Positions 11,901-19,976 of a stretch of 64,000 bases of DNA are shown piece after piece. The translations under genes and the position numbers were made by a program. How positions within the stretch are numbered: the first letter of the stretch is position 1; each line of letters begins with the position of its first letter. Location of the stretch: contig CALGLP010000012.1 of NCBI GenBank assembly GCA_937930175.1, forward strand, positions 1,130 to 65,129, written 5' to 3'. The notes under the pieces are model-generated. The model saw only the letters and a program-made list of their open reading frames with translations, was not told the origin of the DNA and did no database searches. The stretch is from an uncultured bacterium (GTDB lineage Bacteria; Omnitrophota; Gorgyraeia; Zapsychrales; Aceulaceae).

Positions 11901-14900
11901 ACCGCGCAATCTCCATATAGCGGGTCAAGATCTGACGCAACTCTTCATGCAAACGGGTAAACTCTTTAAGCGCCGCGGAGTCCTTATTTAAATTCTGGTA
12001 TTCACTAACCTGAAATAACAATAGAGAATAAACCCCGTAGGTTGAGGCCATCTCTAGCTCTTTGGGAGTTTTGGCATCACGGATAAGCTCAAGGAGTTGG
12101 GCCGTGGTCCTGACGTTCATAAGCCGTGCGTGATACGTGCGCACCCGTGTACGTTCAAACTGATACGCCTGACCTTCCCAGCGCGTAAATTCCAAAGAAA
12201 AACCTTCAGAGAAAGGCTGGCTGGGCGCACGGTAATGCTTGAAATAATTGGGCTTTACAGCCTTAAGTATATTCCTGATCCTCTCTCCCAACAATGGATG
12301 ATTACCAAAAAAATTCTCCTTACGACCGTCCAGGTCCATGGCTTTTCTCAGCATTTCAAACGGCCTCTGGGCCTTCCCTACGGAATAACCCGCGCCGTCC
12401 ATGATCTCCAAGGCACGGCGATCGGCATCGATCTCATGAACGTAGACATCCACCTCTCCTTGAACATAACCCACGCTCCAATCATAACGGCCCCGCTCCA
12501 TCTTTCGTTTCATCTCGTCCAGCGTTTCGGGTTTGGGCGCTTCTCCCTTGTTGACTTTATCGCGGTCCTGAGTAATATGAGATATTTCATGCGCAAGGAT
12601 AAGCGCTATATGTTCTTTAAAAAACATAAAGAATTTCTCAGGATCCCCCTGACTGCGGCTTTCCTGGATAGCGTAAAAAAACTCCCACAGAAGCCCGATA
12701 TTAAGAACAATATGATTCGAGAAAGAAACGACAAAAGCATTGGCATCGGAATAATCTGCCAGATGAAAATGAAAGCTCCCCGGATCGTAGCCGGCACTCA
12801 CAAGAAGATTGTCGAATATTTCACGTAGTTCGCTGTAAACAGTCCTAAGCTCATCATCCCCATGACTGATGAGGCGGTATTCTTCTCTCGCATATTCAAT
12901 AAAAACATCCGCCGAATGCTGACTCACGTTATAACGCGCAGTCTCAGCGCGACGCTTCCATGTTTTAAGGGCGCTTTGGACATCTCCTTCGCCGCCCATG
13001 ACCTGAAAAACCGTATCCACCGGCGTTTCCCCGGATCTGTCCGCCGCATGAAGAAGGGTATCAAAAAACAGGGCCGCAAACAGCGAGGGGTCCATCCTGA
13101 CTGACAGAACATATTCGTTGATCCCGAAATATCCAGAACCACTTTCATAATTCATCATATACTTGGACGACCACTTGTCTTCTTCTCTCGGGACTACGCC
13201 GATCACAAGCCCGCCTTTGTCACCGGCCGCCTTGATCTGGCGGTGAAAAATCTCTTGATCTGCTGGAGAAAGCCGCTGATACCACTCTCCCAGAAGGGAC
13301 TGCCATTGATCCCGCGTCACACCACTATCGATCAAGTGGTGATCAATGGTGATGATTGTGCCGTCAAGCTCAAGCTGAACATTCCCCGTGCGACCAAGGG
13401 TCTCTCCCCGATAACGATCGACCTTTTTTGCTTCAAAATCCCTAGAATACCGCATGGCCTCAAATGTCGGCAGGCTTTGCCAGGACGTATTCTGCGCCTG
13501 ATCAGGTTCCCGCGCCTTCACGGGCGTGGAATTTCCTGTCTCAAGCGCTATTGGCGCTGATTGCTGTTCAAAGATTTCATTGCTGGAACTGGCTCTCGTC
13601 TCTATAGATTGATCAGTGACCGGAATATCCGACGACGCTACCCGCGGATTTTGGAAAAAGGGTGCCTCTGTTGATGTGCTTGTCCATTCTGGCGCTCTAG
13701 CTTGAACGGAGATTTCGTAGACTGTTTTCTGAGCTCCAGATTTTCTTATATAATTAATAAAAATATGACTTGGCTCTTGGCTTTCATGAAATGACGTATT
13801 TAGGTTCATGACCGTTACCCCTCCCGCAAAGTATTTCCGGGGGATGTTCTTTTTGGTGTAAGGATCATACTCCACCTTCATCATATTGCAGACGCCTTTT
13901 TTAAAGGTTTGGAGGTATTGTTGGTAAATGATTTGAACAGTATCTGGTGAAGAGTGAATAGTATCTAGAGAAGAATTATTCTGAGTTTGTGAAGGGTATC
14001 TGGTATCTAGTATCCGGTGCTTTTCTTCGCCATTTTCTAACGACTCTTCATTGCTTTTTTGGCTAGATACTAGATACTTTTCACTATTCACGACTTCTAG
14101 TCCTTTAACCTTTCTCTTATCCGCATACACCTTATTCAGTATTGAGTTCTTGAGATTCGTCTTATACCAGTAGCTTAAGATAATGCTGTTGTAGATCTGC
14201 CTTAGCTGGGCAAAGTTCTTGCCTTCATTGACTTCTTTTTCCAGGACAGGGATGAAGACCTCACGCACAATACTAGAAGAGATATCAGAAGATGGAGAAT
14301 GGACAATGGAAGATGGAAAAGTCTTAGAATCTAGGGAATCAGGACTTTTATTCGCTGTTGTCTTGTCGTTGTTTTTTCCATCTTCTATCTTCTCCCTTCT
14401 ATCTTCTTTACTTTTCTCTCTTGCTAAATAATCACTTTCCAGCATCACTTTTAATCGCGATTCAACGACAAAGGCCTTATCCTCTTGAACGTAGACTTCA
14501 GCCTTATCGGGCATGATCCAGACCTTGTTAAAGGTGTCGACAGGAACGTTCGTTGTCCCGAATTTCTCATAGGATTGCTTGTAAATCTTTTGCCAGAATT
14601 CTTTACCAAGATCACTATCAGGATTGGTTAAAGAGGCAGTTATTTGCTTTAAGAGATAGTCTTGGGCAAGCATATCAATACCCATCTCGGTAGTCCCAAG
14701 CTCTGCTGGAACGATGCGGTCTTTTTCATAGGGAGAAAGGTTGACCCAGAGATCATTCTCTGGAAGAGTAAGACTTGCCAGGAAGTAGCGGATAAGCTTT
14801 TCGCTTTCGCTCTTTAACTCATCCCCTTGAAGCCCGGAATCACCAGAATCGACAATAAAGTCGAACTTCAGGGGATTGTCAGGGTAGACACGTATTCCAC

Positions 14901-15081
14901 GAACCAGGGTAGGTGTGAAAGCCGGGCTTAAGGGGATGAGGGTATTACTAATAGCTGGTGCCAGGGTTTGAGACAAGGCTTCTTGAGGGGCGACACTCAT
15001 CAGCCCAAAAGAGAGTAAAAGACATAAAACAACCACCTTGTATAAAATAGAATTCTTATAAGTTCTTATATCATTTATCAT
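5917..15081 (-). CDS. Giant secreted multidomain protein A (3054 aa): signal peptide, family-specific N-domain, M48-type Zn-peptidase domain, UbiB/ABC1-type kinase domain, conserved C-terminal motif
   Basis: Single 9165-nt ORF. The N-terminus is hydrophobic (ILYKVVVLCLLLSFGLMSVA). The first roughly 420 aa are paralogous to the N-termini of the ORFs at 36386-42052 and 56961-62225 (shared FDFIVDSGD, YFLASLT, WVNLSPYEKDRI, VDTFNKVWIMP, LKVMLE, LEKEVNEGK, CNMMKVEYDPY). An M48 signature is present (ILAHEISHITQ ... EIDADRRALEIMDGAGY). UbiB kinase motifs are present (GIKLAQIISHSD..., VVMKIKRP, FHADPHGGNIW). The C-terminus GGIDF...IPVIINIVPVTDFMGLLGLGEEEKLEVGS is shared with the other giant ORFs. Confidence 0.8.
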   Translation of the reverse strand: MINDIRTYKNSILYKVVVLCLLLSFGLMSVAPQEALSQTLAPAISNTLIPLSPAFTPTLVRGIRVYPDNPLKFDFIVDSGDSGLQGDELKSESEKLIRYFLASLTLPENDLWVNLSPYEKDRIVPAELGTTEMGIDMLAQDYLLKQITASLTNPDSDLGKEFWQKIYKQSYEKFGTTNVPVDTFNKVWIMPDKAEVYVQEDKAFVVESRLKVMLESDYLAREKSKEDRREKIEDGKNNDKTTANKSPDSLDSKTFPSSIVHSPSSDISSSIVREVFIPVLEKEVNEGKNFAQLRQIYNSIILSYWYKTNLKNSILNKVYADKRKVKGLEVVNSEKYLVSSQKSNEESLENGEEKHRILDTRYPSQTQNNSSLDTIHSSPDTVQIIYQQYLQTFKKGVCNMMKVEYDPYTKKNIPRKYFAGGVTVMNLNTSFHESQEPSHIFINYIRKSGAQKTVYEISVQARAPEWTSTSTEAPFFQNPRVASSDIPVTDQSIETRASSSNEIFEQQSAPIALETGNSTPVKAREPDQAQNTSWQSLPTFEAMRYSRDFEAKKVDRYRGETLGRTGNVQLELDGTIITIDHHLIDSGVTRDQWQSLLGEWYQRLSPADQEIFHRQIKAAGDKGGLVIGVVPREEDKWSSKYMMNYESGSGYFGINEYVLSVRMDPSLFAALFFDTLLHAADRSGETPVDTVFQVMGGEGDVQSALKTWKRRAETARYNVSQHSADVFIEYAREEYRLISHGDDELRTVYSELREIFDNLLVSAGYDPGSFHFHLADYSDANAFVVSFSNHIVLNIGLLWEFFYAIQESRSQGDPEKFFMFFKEHIALILAHEISHITQDRDKVNKGEAPKPETLDEMKRKMERGRYDWSVGYVQGEVDVYVHEIDADRRALEIMDGAGYSVGKAQRPFEMLRKAMDLDGRKENFFGNHPLLGERIRNILKAVKPNYFKHYRAPSQPFSEGFSLEFTRWEGQAYQFERTRVRTYHARLMNVRTTAQLLELIRDAKTPKELEMASTYGVYSLLLFQVSEYQNLNKDSAALKEFTRLHEELRQILTRYMEIARSEILRQGLDRPDSRGRPQKRNWWRLRNAMASKKLNRGLFPMSISSQEYGFVLSMGYKKDHSLRIGQSIIESRDMTADQDQRFDVDNRLLMWFLEYLLNNRDWRPVPIVRDRISWGLTEVDNIISYSKPVVSNSSYLERGSDEVRTILKPLTEDLLPQLEKEIAPFAPQIKKVFEQIYQDMGLNRELKQLGQAAAERLEALKAEETRAEDGIQTFYSKVAMRAFFGEVESMPVQVQGLDHGAEKKFLIDSIKKLPKEDLARVFDHPLLGSVWRFDLIHQDEEGRRRQGIMMQRERFPHDVQRKGAGWMTSDFLLDLEGVIKARADEFSVRELIHLLNRILLAKEVGWQKYVVMYHSIGVIAVEQIIDRLQAKTELITDDLVETLLETFKNFPELISESQSCQNFFLDLLIFNPSNYARYRQDIMLIFSKDRGAVSRSVAGAILSGFARGKLDQNEYFSLDRWGNDPGKVFFEFYVLLQKDPNILGFIEGHFGFTTPVEKLKYSESLFKALNERPERQQEFTITDPYNDPATLSNLFFQYTERILEEAATAEIMEHANKFIVAQALELGLGEDFIVGVSHLNQQIRQWMYLFGLGGFVSMDTFYDQLDDAISGLSAEDLEGLFTYLNALTPLQTKRRFAQKYFLTPMTWSEYLVPLSYYVIHKKFNFDLSLGQNASFLIRSQNPQEKYKHPHNKNSNKNTWFYSEENSSVSSVQADLDNPYQILIGEFPSKLYRPPPRVPDFTLWTMWIQDLLRRRGNVPVHAVLAGLISGTNSTDRLHFSSVERKRLLKIFSFVQDNPQYDFDHWVAFAKDYMPSSAFRDLFLYYVLWDKHLASALGIRGQKKWTRFYDLDRVLSGFSNKQLANNQELQAAVRSIAPLMIEDRFMKQINGVTSGLISAWIADSNAAVNHQEKEMIEEYTLFSSFSKRLSHKARNRLARFKVMFDPILFTCLFGSFYLLNKFWLRIYSILHLEKIPGAMKILPFLSVLGGSVFAESPLTKYGSPFHLPDLPVKELERLMDISTKFRLMKELYAPLRLSQTFRSLLFVFLSLAGRLSRGRIKAEFNEEGNIHSQIDLVTAYPYRDMILKKAQSAGRAWEALARETQEYFARPSYVRDEFLVAAAESAFQEASLSASDKLRAMEQLSALMYRDFFRDKFRLRALELALGIKEKEEGQSLTFEQEMDLVFQYFTDFSFTRDDILLEIMERAGIPEEDKDVREHLLLLQENAIKDKVKNKITAENKIRETIQKASNLDKEEFALWIMGLRKEKPVAVMEIEFFSHTDLGYLKEIFSELGSTKYSSIGTNAKKDLMESLFGGKKGLMRDPERMAHFLNVVFEKSVPAGMADRKSLKKIFRTVFQHLDEDKTLEVISALAGKMKSDGTSSVPELIKTFFESMGLVGIKLAQIISHSDIRLDSLVKKALQELSSSADPFGKRFVFQLLRLALGDDFGKHFAYVGSSLGSASIKLVYRVVLADGKRVVMKIKRPHIDKVLDVELETLEKILDALGRSGLNIPKNMGKQVASYLREEVDFYVERANQKRYREILANRTEELFVGSHRIFLRSAENYTELDELLPESLRGQAIFEEEMHGVPLNEDSRLEDELGLTKDEIRQLKKKIFGELMEEMFVDGFFHADPHGGNIWINKRDDGSLELVFLDLGSMGRNDAVVTRADLESVAGGRDAVVNEKMFVLEEETIDQDDFVLNPELSAEDFGADEFSLTLKALWEKGLAGKSKRMHELAQWLCYMALHPGQLPQIPDGRILEATFFKKVGYIIRAVDQMEIPGLIFSKLGYKFPDKTNEQMTALRLASEGKWDQIEKQDFTVSLKDRGRGLFVKGKGIVSNMFKKKDDGQAKVAEDGKFNSRTVGDEEMAVKASKEVGKVIKNTMLPSDISDQVLDFFGRYLTTKRRNALADTISPSGSGKGSQATSGPGGIDFKSDNINLVTQGQAIDFAMPQNMSFENLQEIKGLIPVIINIVPVTDFMGLLGLGEEEKLEVGS
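13949..14093. repeat. In-frame palindromic insertion (hairpin-forming) within giant gene A, insertion 2
   Basis: The arms gtgaatagtatctag ... ctagatacttttcactattcac form an imperfect inverted repeat. The segment encodes a low-complexity stretch (NSEESLENGEEKH...SSLDTIHSSPD) that is absent from paralog B at the equivalent position. Confidence 0.45.
14273..14425. repeat. In-frame palindromic insertion within giant gene A, insertion 1 (tagaag-type)
   Basis: The arms agaagatggagaatggacaatggaagatggaaaag ... cttttttccatcttctatcttctcccttctatcttc form an inverted repeat. It encodes EDRREKIEDGKNN...SSIVHSPSSDISSS between the conserved LKVMLESDYLA and IVREVFIP blocks, and paralog B has only a short linker there. 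Confidence 0.5.
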
Positions 15082-15352
15082 ATGCCCTACCCTGCTTCTT
15101 GCTCTACTACTTCTTATACTTAAAGTATGTAATATAGATGCGAGAAAACAAGGGGGTTTGGGGCATTTGGGGAAAGCGCTTTCATCGACGGTGGAAACGC
15201 ATGAAATAGAAAACGAAAGGATAAATATGCTAGAAAATTAAAAAAATGAAACCTTACGATTAAAGTCGTAGCACCTTTCTGTATGTGACCATCGCAGCTG
15301 GCAAAACAATCGCATTGACTTTAAAGGGCTTCGTAAATAAACTTGTAAAGAT

Positions 15353-15757
15353 TTAAATGCGGGCTAGTAAAAGATCCTTCATATGATTAACGAGCATCTT
15401 AGGGTCAACGGGCTTTGTAATAAAATCATCCCAACCCATATTATATTTTTCCATCAAGGAATCCCGATAAGCCGTAATCATGATCACAAGGCTATCTTGC
15501 TTAAGATCCTTGGCCTTTTCTTCGTAGGAACGAATGGCTTTTAAGACCTGAAAGCCATCCAGTTCAGGCATGGTGACATCAAGCAAAACAAAATCAAATG
15601 GGGTTTTTGTTTGAATAGCTTTTTGATGCAGATCAAGGGCTTCGCGACCGGTTTTGGCAATGGAACACTGGGCAAGATTCTTAAGGCCATCCGAGAGAAT
15701 CGCTCGATTCTCTGCATCATCTTCAGCAACAAGAACTTTCCACATAATACCCTCCAA
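15353..15757 (-). CDS. Response regulator receiver domain protein (single-domain, CheY-like)
   Basis: 134 aa with VLVAEDDAENRAIL...LDVTMPELDGFQVLKAIR, showing the REC domain acidic pocket and the phospho-acceptor Asp context. Confidence 0.7.
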   Translation of the reverse strand: MEGIMWKVLVAEDDAENRAILSDGLKNLAQCSIAKTGREALDLHQKAIQTKTPFDFVLLDVTMPELDGFQVLKAIRSYEEKAKDLKQDSLVIMITAYRDSLMEKYNMGWDDFITKPVDPKMLVNHMKDLLLARI

Positions 15758-15825
15758 GCCCTTGTACTTACGTTAGCTTTATTATAAACCTATCGCGCCA
15801 AAATAAGGAATATTTTTTGTAAAAA

Positions 15826-16479
15826 TTATTTAGGGTAGCCGACGGGTTGAGTCAGGATAATCCGCTGATGGGACGCAAGTTTCATGGCCTTGACCAAAGC
15901 CTCTTTATCAATCCAGCCTAGCACGACCGTGGCCAAGCCTTCTGCCGCGCAGAAAAGATAAACATTTTGACTAATATAACCTGTATCAACAGCCGCATAT
16001 AACGCCTTGGCATCTTCAGCGCCATCCATGCGTTTTAAATCTGCCACAAAGATAAGGCTTAAAGGCGCATCTTTCACAAAGCCTTGAATACCGACAATAG
16101 GGCGAATATCTTGCGCCAAGATCGGATCAAGTGCCTGCGTTTTTGCATTAAAAAGGTAGAGGCCACTTTTCATCGCCACATAAATATCAATCTCTTGCGC
16201 ATTTTTTGCTGAAGGCGCTGTGCGCATACCTGTTTCTGGACGGTTGATGCCATTGGCTGCCCAAAGAAGATTAGAAATCGTCTGCAGAGACAATTCATCT
16301 GTTTTAAATGCGCGACTTGATTTTCGTTTCTCTAACGCCATCATCAATGTTGTAGACGATGAAAACTTTGGAGCTAAAAGTTCAATCGCCGCCAACTCCT
16401 TCTTTTCCTGAGCCTGCGCGAATAACGAAAATTGACACAAAAGAAAAGTAAAAATAACAAAGACTTTTAATGGTCTCAT
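15826..16479 (-). CDS. Nitroreductase-family / SagB-type dehydrogenase-like protein with N-terminal signal peptide
   Basis: 217 aa with an N-terminal hydrophobic leader (VFVIFTFLLCQFSLFAQAQ). The remainder resembles the nitroreductase fold (...LSLQTISNLLWAANGINR...). Its start overlaps the upstream TPR gene stop by 4 nt. Confidence 0.5.
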   Translation of the reverse strand: MRPLKVFVIFTFLLCQFSLFAQAQEKKELAAIELLAPKFSSSTTLMMALEKRKSSRAFKTDELSLQTISNLLWAANGINRPETGMRTAPSAKNAQEIDIYVAMKSGLYLFNAKTQALDPILAQDIRPIVGIQGFVKDAPLSLIFVADLKRMDGAEDAKALYAAVDTGYISQNVYLFCAAEGLATVVLGWIDKEALVKAMKLASHQRIILTQPVGYPK

Positions 16480-17288
16480 TGCAACTCCTGTTCTTTACCA
16501 AATCTTAAAATTTTCTCAAAGCTTGATGCCTGGACCCAGCCAAGCTTTCCGTCTAAACGCTCAATCTTAGCCCACGCACCTTCTATTTTCACAACAAAAA
16601 TTTTTTCTCCAGCAAAAAGATAAAAATGTTGCGTTGCCTGATCGCTAGGCTCAAATCGCGCCTGCGCGTCTTCAAGGATAACAGCGGCCTTCAACGTATC
16701 CTTAGACTTACTCACCCACATGACCCCTTGCCCAAGAGCAAGGAATGCAAGAATACCGATCACGACCCATTGCTTCCATTGAGAAAGCGAAACCATTTCA
16801 GCGCCGATCACCGCGATGCCAAGCAATAGACAAAAAAACGCCGCAAGCCACATCATTTCGCGCGCGGTGAACATATCTTGATAATAATGAGAAATTCTTT
16901 TTAACAATGAAATCTCTGAGATGGGAGATGATGCCTTAGAAAGCGACACCGCATAATCCAAGTTTGACTGCAAATCAGAGTCGCGGGGAATAAAAATTTT
17001 AGCACGCTCATAGCTAAGGATCGCTTTCCCCATTTTTTGCGTCTTCAAATAACTATTGCCCAAATTATAATACAGAGCCCCGCTCGCTACGCCCTGGTTT
17101 AGAACCTCTTCATAAAGGGTCATCGCCTGCGCATAATTGTTTTGCTTGTACGCCAAGTTGCCTTCATAAAATTTAACAGCAGGATTTTGCAAATCCCCTT
17201 GTGCAACAGCCCAGGAGCATACAAGCGATAGAATAACCATGCCGCCCATCATCAGTTTTCTCATATTATAGCCTCTCAAAAAAATCAA
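16476..17288 (-). CDS. TPR-repeat and SH3b-like domain protein (BatE-like)
   Basis: Signal peptide, TPR motifs (YYNLGNSYLKTQKMGKAILSYERA), a TM segment and a C-terminal SH3-like region (WAKIERLDGKLGWV). It is the last gene of the Bat operon. Confidence 0.5.
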   Translation of the reverse strand: MIFLRGYNMRKLMMGGMVILSLVCSWAVAQGDLQNPAVKFYEGNLAYKQNNYAQAMTLYEEVLNQGVASGALYYNLGNSYLKTQKMGKAILSYERAKIFIPRDSDLQSNLDYAVSLSKASSPISEISLLKRISHYYQDMFTAREMMWLAAFFCLLLGIAVIGAEMVSLSQWKQWVVIGILAFLALGQGVMWVSKSKDTLKAAVILEDAQARFEPSDQATQHFYLFAGEKIFVVKIEGAWAKIERLDGKLGWVQASSFEKILRFGKEQELQ

Positions 17289-19065
17289 GGATCTCCTTTA
17301 ATGCTTGATAATTCTTTTGCATCGCAGCCGTATCCGAGGAAATTGCACCATAGCGGATCAGCTCACAGGCCGAAAACAATTCTTGAACCTTTCCGATCAT
17401 AGCTAAAGAGATACTTCGTTTTAACAAAATCTCATGAAGATCATGCGCCGTGACCATCCCCTCAGGGATAGAAAACTTTTCAGCAAAATATTTCTGCAAA
17501 ACTTTATACGCAGCATCGTAAAACTCTTTAGGTTTATGCACTTTAAGGAAATGTTCTGCCGCGCGCAAGCCTTGTCTCGCCTTTTGGGGGGCGCGCAAAC
17601 GCTTTGCGTATCCAACATCGGTTTTCATGCGCACCTTTCTTCGATAGACGACAAGAATCGCAATGATTCCAAACATATACAAAAGAAGGAATAGCAGAAA
17701 AACATTCCTATCCCCGAGCACCACACCCATAGGATAAAAAACACCAGGATTCTCTTTAATAAAAATGACATCCCGGCCCAAGGTTTCCGCAACCGCGGCT
17801 TTTTCTTGTTTGCCCTCAACGACTTGAGGCATTGCTCCTTGCGGCGATGGATGAACAGTCAGGGCAAAAGGGCCCTGGCGTATAGTTTCAAAGGTTTGTT
17901 TTTGCGGATCAAAATACACAAACGCAACCGCTGGCACTTGATTTACTTTCTCCGCTTTCGGAATCAAAACCTGCTCGAGTGTTTTGACATTACCTTGTTG
18001 CTTGATCTGCGGGTCATAGACCTTAAAATTTTCAGAATCCTTATACGCCGGCATATCGATCGTCTTTAAATCTCCCCTGCCAGAAATCGTCATCTTAACA
18101 GTGATTGGATCTCCGACGTTCACCTCCAGAGGGCTTGCGGATAATTGAAAATCAAATTGGCCAACCGCCGCACCAAAACCCTGCGGCGCGCCTTGCGGGA
18201 GTGGGAGCACTTCCACATTACGTACTTCTGATTTTAACGCAATGGGATATTTTTCATAATTGCTAAAGAAATCACTAAAGAAGTCATCAGGAAACCCACC
18301 GAAGCCTGATCCACGGCTTGAAGACCTTTTATAAACAACATTGCAATCCAATTGCGCTGGCCCCAACGTAAAAATACCATCCTTGGCGGGATAGGCAACT
18401 GTGTTAAATTCTACAACATCATAAGAAACGCCATTGAGAACATCTTGATATTGCACAGGCTTTCCAAAGTCTTCAAAAACAAAATCGTTTTGTGCGAGCG
18501 CTGGAAACTGAATATCCGTTAATGAAATACTGCTGGCATAAAGCTTGATGGTAACCGGCAAGCGTTCGTGGACATAAACTTTTTCCTTAGGAATTTCAAG
18601 ACGAAGCAAGGCCTTGTCTTCAAGGTTCGTTGGTCGATTAACAGCGTCAGATGAAGAAAGTTGGCTTTCCGCAGGAGCTGATTCTAAAATCTCCACATCA
18701 ATGGGTTGCGTTTCATATTGTTTGCCGTCAATCGTGGATGCAAATGCAGGAATGGTCAGCGACCCTGTCTTTTGCGGATAAAGAATATATTTCTGGGATA
18801 CTGAAGAAGAATACTGGCCATTGACAATAGAAATGCTCGTGGAAGGACCGATATAGCGTGACTTAAATCCATCAATCTCAGGCAATTCGATCGGGGAAGC
18901 ATTCTGAACTCCGGTGACCGTTAAATCCAGCACGATCGTTGAGTCTAGACCAGCTCTTTTCTTGTCCACGCTCGCCTGAAAACTGATATCCTGACTAAAC
19001 GCATTAAGCGCTATACTCAGGAAAAGAATCAAAAATAAAAAAACTCTATTCCATGATTGTTTCAT
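17266..19065 (-). CDS. batD: BatD-like protein (Bat operon)
   Basis: 599 aa with a signal peptide, a large extracytoplasmic region, one TM near the C-terminus (VFLLFLLLYMFGIIAILVV) and a cytoplasmic tail, which is the BatD topology. It lies downstream of batA/B/C. Confidence 0.6.
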   Translation of the reverse strand: MKQSWNRVFLFLILFLSIALNAFSQDISFQASVDKKRAGLDSTIVLDLTVTGVQNASPIELPEIDGFKSRYIGPSTSISIVNGQYSSSVSQKYILYPQKTGSLTIPAFASTIDGKQYETQPIDVEILESAPAESQLSSSDAVNRPTNLEDKALLRLEIPKEKVYVHERLPVTIKLYASSISLTDIQFPALAQNDFVFEDFGKPVQYQDVLNGVSYDVVEFNTVAYPAKDGIFTLGPAQLDCNVVYKRSSSRGSGFGGFPDDFFSDFFSNYEKYPIALKSEVRNVEVLPLPQGAPQGFGAAVGQFDFQLSASPLEVNVGDPITVKMTISGRGDLKTIDMPAYKDSENFKVYDPQIKQQGNVKTLEQVLIPKAEKVNQVPAVAFVYFDPQKQTFETIRQGPFALTVHPSPQGAMPQVVEGKQEKAAVAETLGRDVIFIKENPGVFYPMGVVLGDRNVFLLFLLLYMFGIIAILVVYRRKVRMKTDVGYAKRLRAPQKARQGLRAAEHFLKVHKPKEFYDAAYKVLQKYFAEKFSIPEGMVTAHDLHEILLKRSISLAMIGKVQELFSACELIRYGAISSDTAAMQKNYQALKEILDFFERL

Positions 19066-19073
19066 AAAACTAT

Positions 19074-19976
19074 TTACCAGTCTTTGTCTACAGTGTTATC
19101 CCCTGCAGGTTTTTTCAAAAGATACAAAAGACCTTTAGGTTCTTCATTTTGCTGATAATTGCCAAGTGCGGCTTCTGCCTGCTCTTTGGTCATCGATGCT
19201 TTTCCTTCTGATGATGATTGCGATTTCTTTTCAGCATTGTTTTCTGCCTTATCCTCGGATGAAGACTGAGGGCTCTGGCGATCTTGGGAGTCCTCCTTTT
19301 TCTCTTGATCCTGATCTCCTTGAGAGCTCTGCTCTTGGGAATCCTTTTGCTCTTGCGGCTGTTGCTCTTGCTGCTGATTCTGCTGTTGTGGCTGATTTTG
19401 TTGTTGATTTTGAGATTGTTGCTTACCTTGATTATCTTTTGATGAATCTTCCTTTTTCGGTAACGGACAATTCTTATTTTGTTGTTCTTGCTGTTGCTTC
19501 TCTAACTTCGCAAGTTCCTTTTTTACAAACTCATAGTTATGCTGGGCATCTTTGTCCGCCTGATCAAGATCGATAGCCTTTTGGAAGCTCGCCAGGCTTT
19601 TTTCTAAGGAGGCAACAGCCCCTGCCATATCTTGTTTTTCCTTAGCTTTTCCTTGCTGATAAAAAGCATTGCCTAAATTATATACAGCCTGCTGCCGCAA
19701 ACGCGCGTCCTCCGTAAGCAATGTTTTCTCAAGATGCTCCAAAGCCTGCACATAATCCCCTTGCTGATAAAAAGCTGTGCCCACATTGAAGTTGATGATA
19801 TCAGAATTAGGTTCTCTATCCAAAGCTTTCTTGTAGCTTTTAAGGGCAGCCGCGTAGTCGCCCTTCTTGTACTGCTGGTTCCCTTTTTTCACAGCTCCTG
19901 ATTGTGACGCATGACAAAAAGCTGGCATCATGAAAAAAAGAAAGAAGGCTAAGGCGAAACGCAAACTCTTTGTCAT
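19074..19976 (-). CDS. TPR-repeat protein (BatC-like) with Q/E-rich low-complexity C-terminus
   Basis: Signal peptide, TPR motifs (YKKGDYAAALKSYKKALD; FNVGTAFYQQGDYVQALEHLEK), then a QQNQPQQQNQQQEQQPQEQ-rich tail. Confidence 0.55.
   Translation of the reverse strand: MTKSLRFALAFFLFFMMPAFCHASQSGAVKKGNQQYKKGDYAAALKSYKKALDREPNSDIINFNVGTAFYQQGDYVQALEHLEKTLLTEDARLRQQAVYNLGNAFYQQGKAKEKQDMAGAVASLEKSLASFQKAIDLDQADKDAQHNYEFVKKELAKLEKQQQEQQNKNCPLPKKEDSSKDNQGKQQSQNQQQNQPQQQNQQQEQQPQEQKDSQEQSSQGDQDQEKKEDSQDRQSPQSSSEDKAENNAEKKSQSSSEGKASMTKEQAEAALGNYQQNEEPKGLLYLLKKPAGDNTVDKDW

Noticed and set aside
12097-12828. 243-aa plus-strand ORF inside giant gene A
   Set aside because: It is antisense to a continuous 9-kb ORF whose product has clear domain content and is conserved among paralogs, so this is a shadow ORF.
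14219-14431. 70-aa plus-strand ORF (MPSLTSFSRTG...), with a near-identical twin at 61285-61485
   Set aside because: Both are antisense shadows of the conserved, paralogous N-domain linker region of giant genes A and C. The similarity reflects sense-strand conservation, not a real small-gene family.
5917-15081. Giant proteins as RTX/T1SS substrates
   Set aside because: No GGxGxDxUx nonapeptide repeat blocks were seen. The proteins have N-terminal Sec-type leaders and a hydrophobic C-terminal motif rather than an acidic T1SS C-terminal signal.
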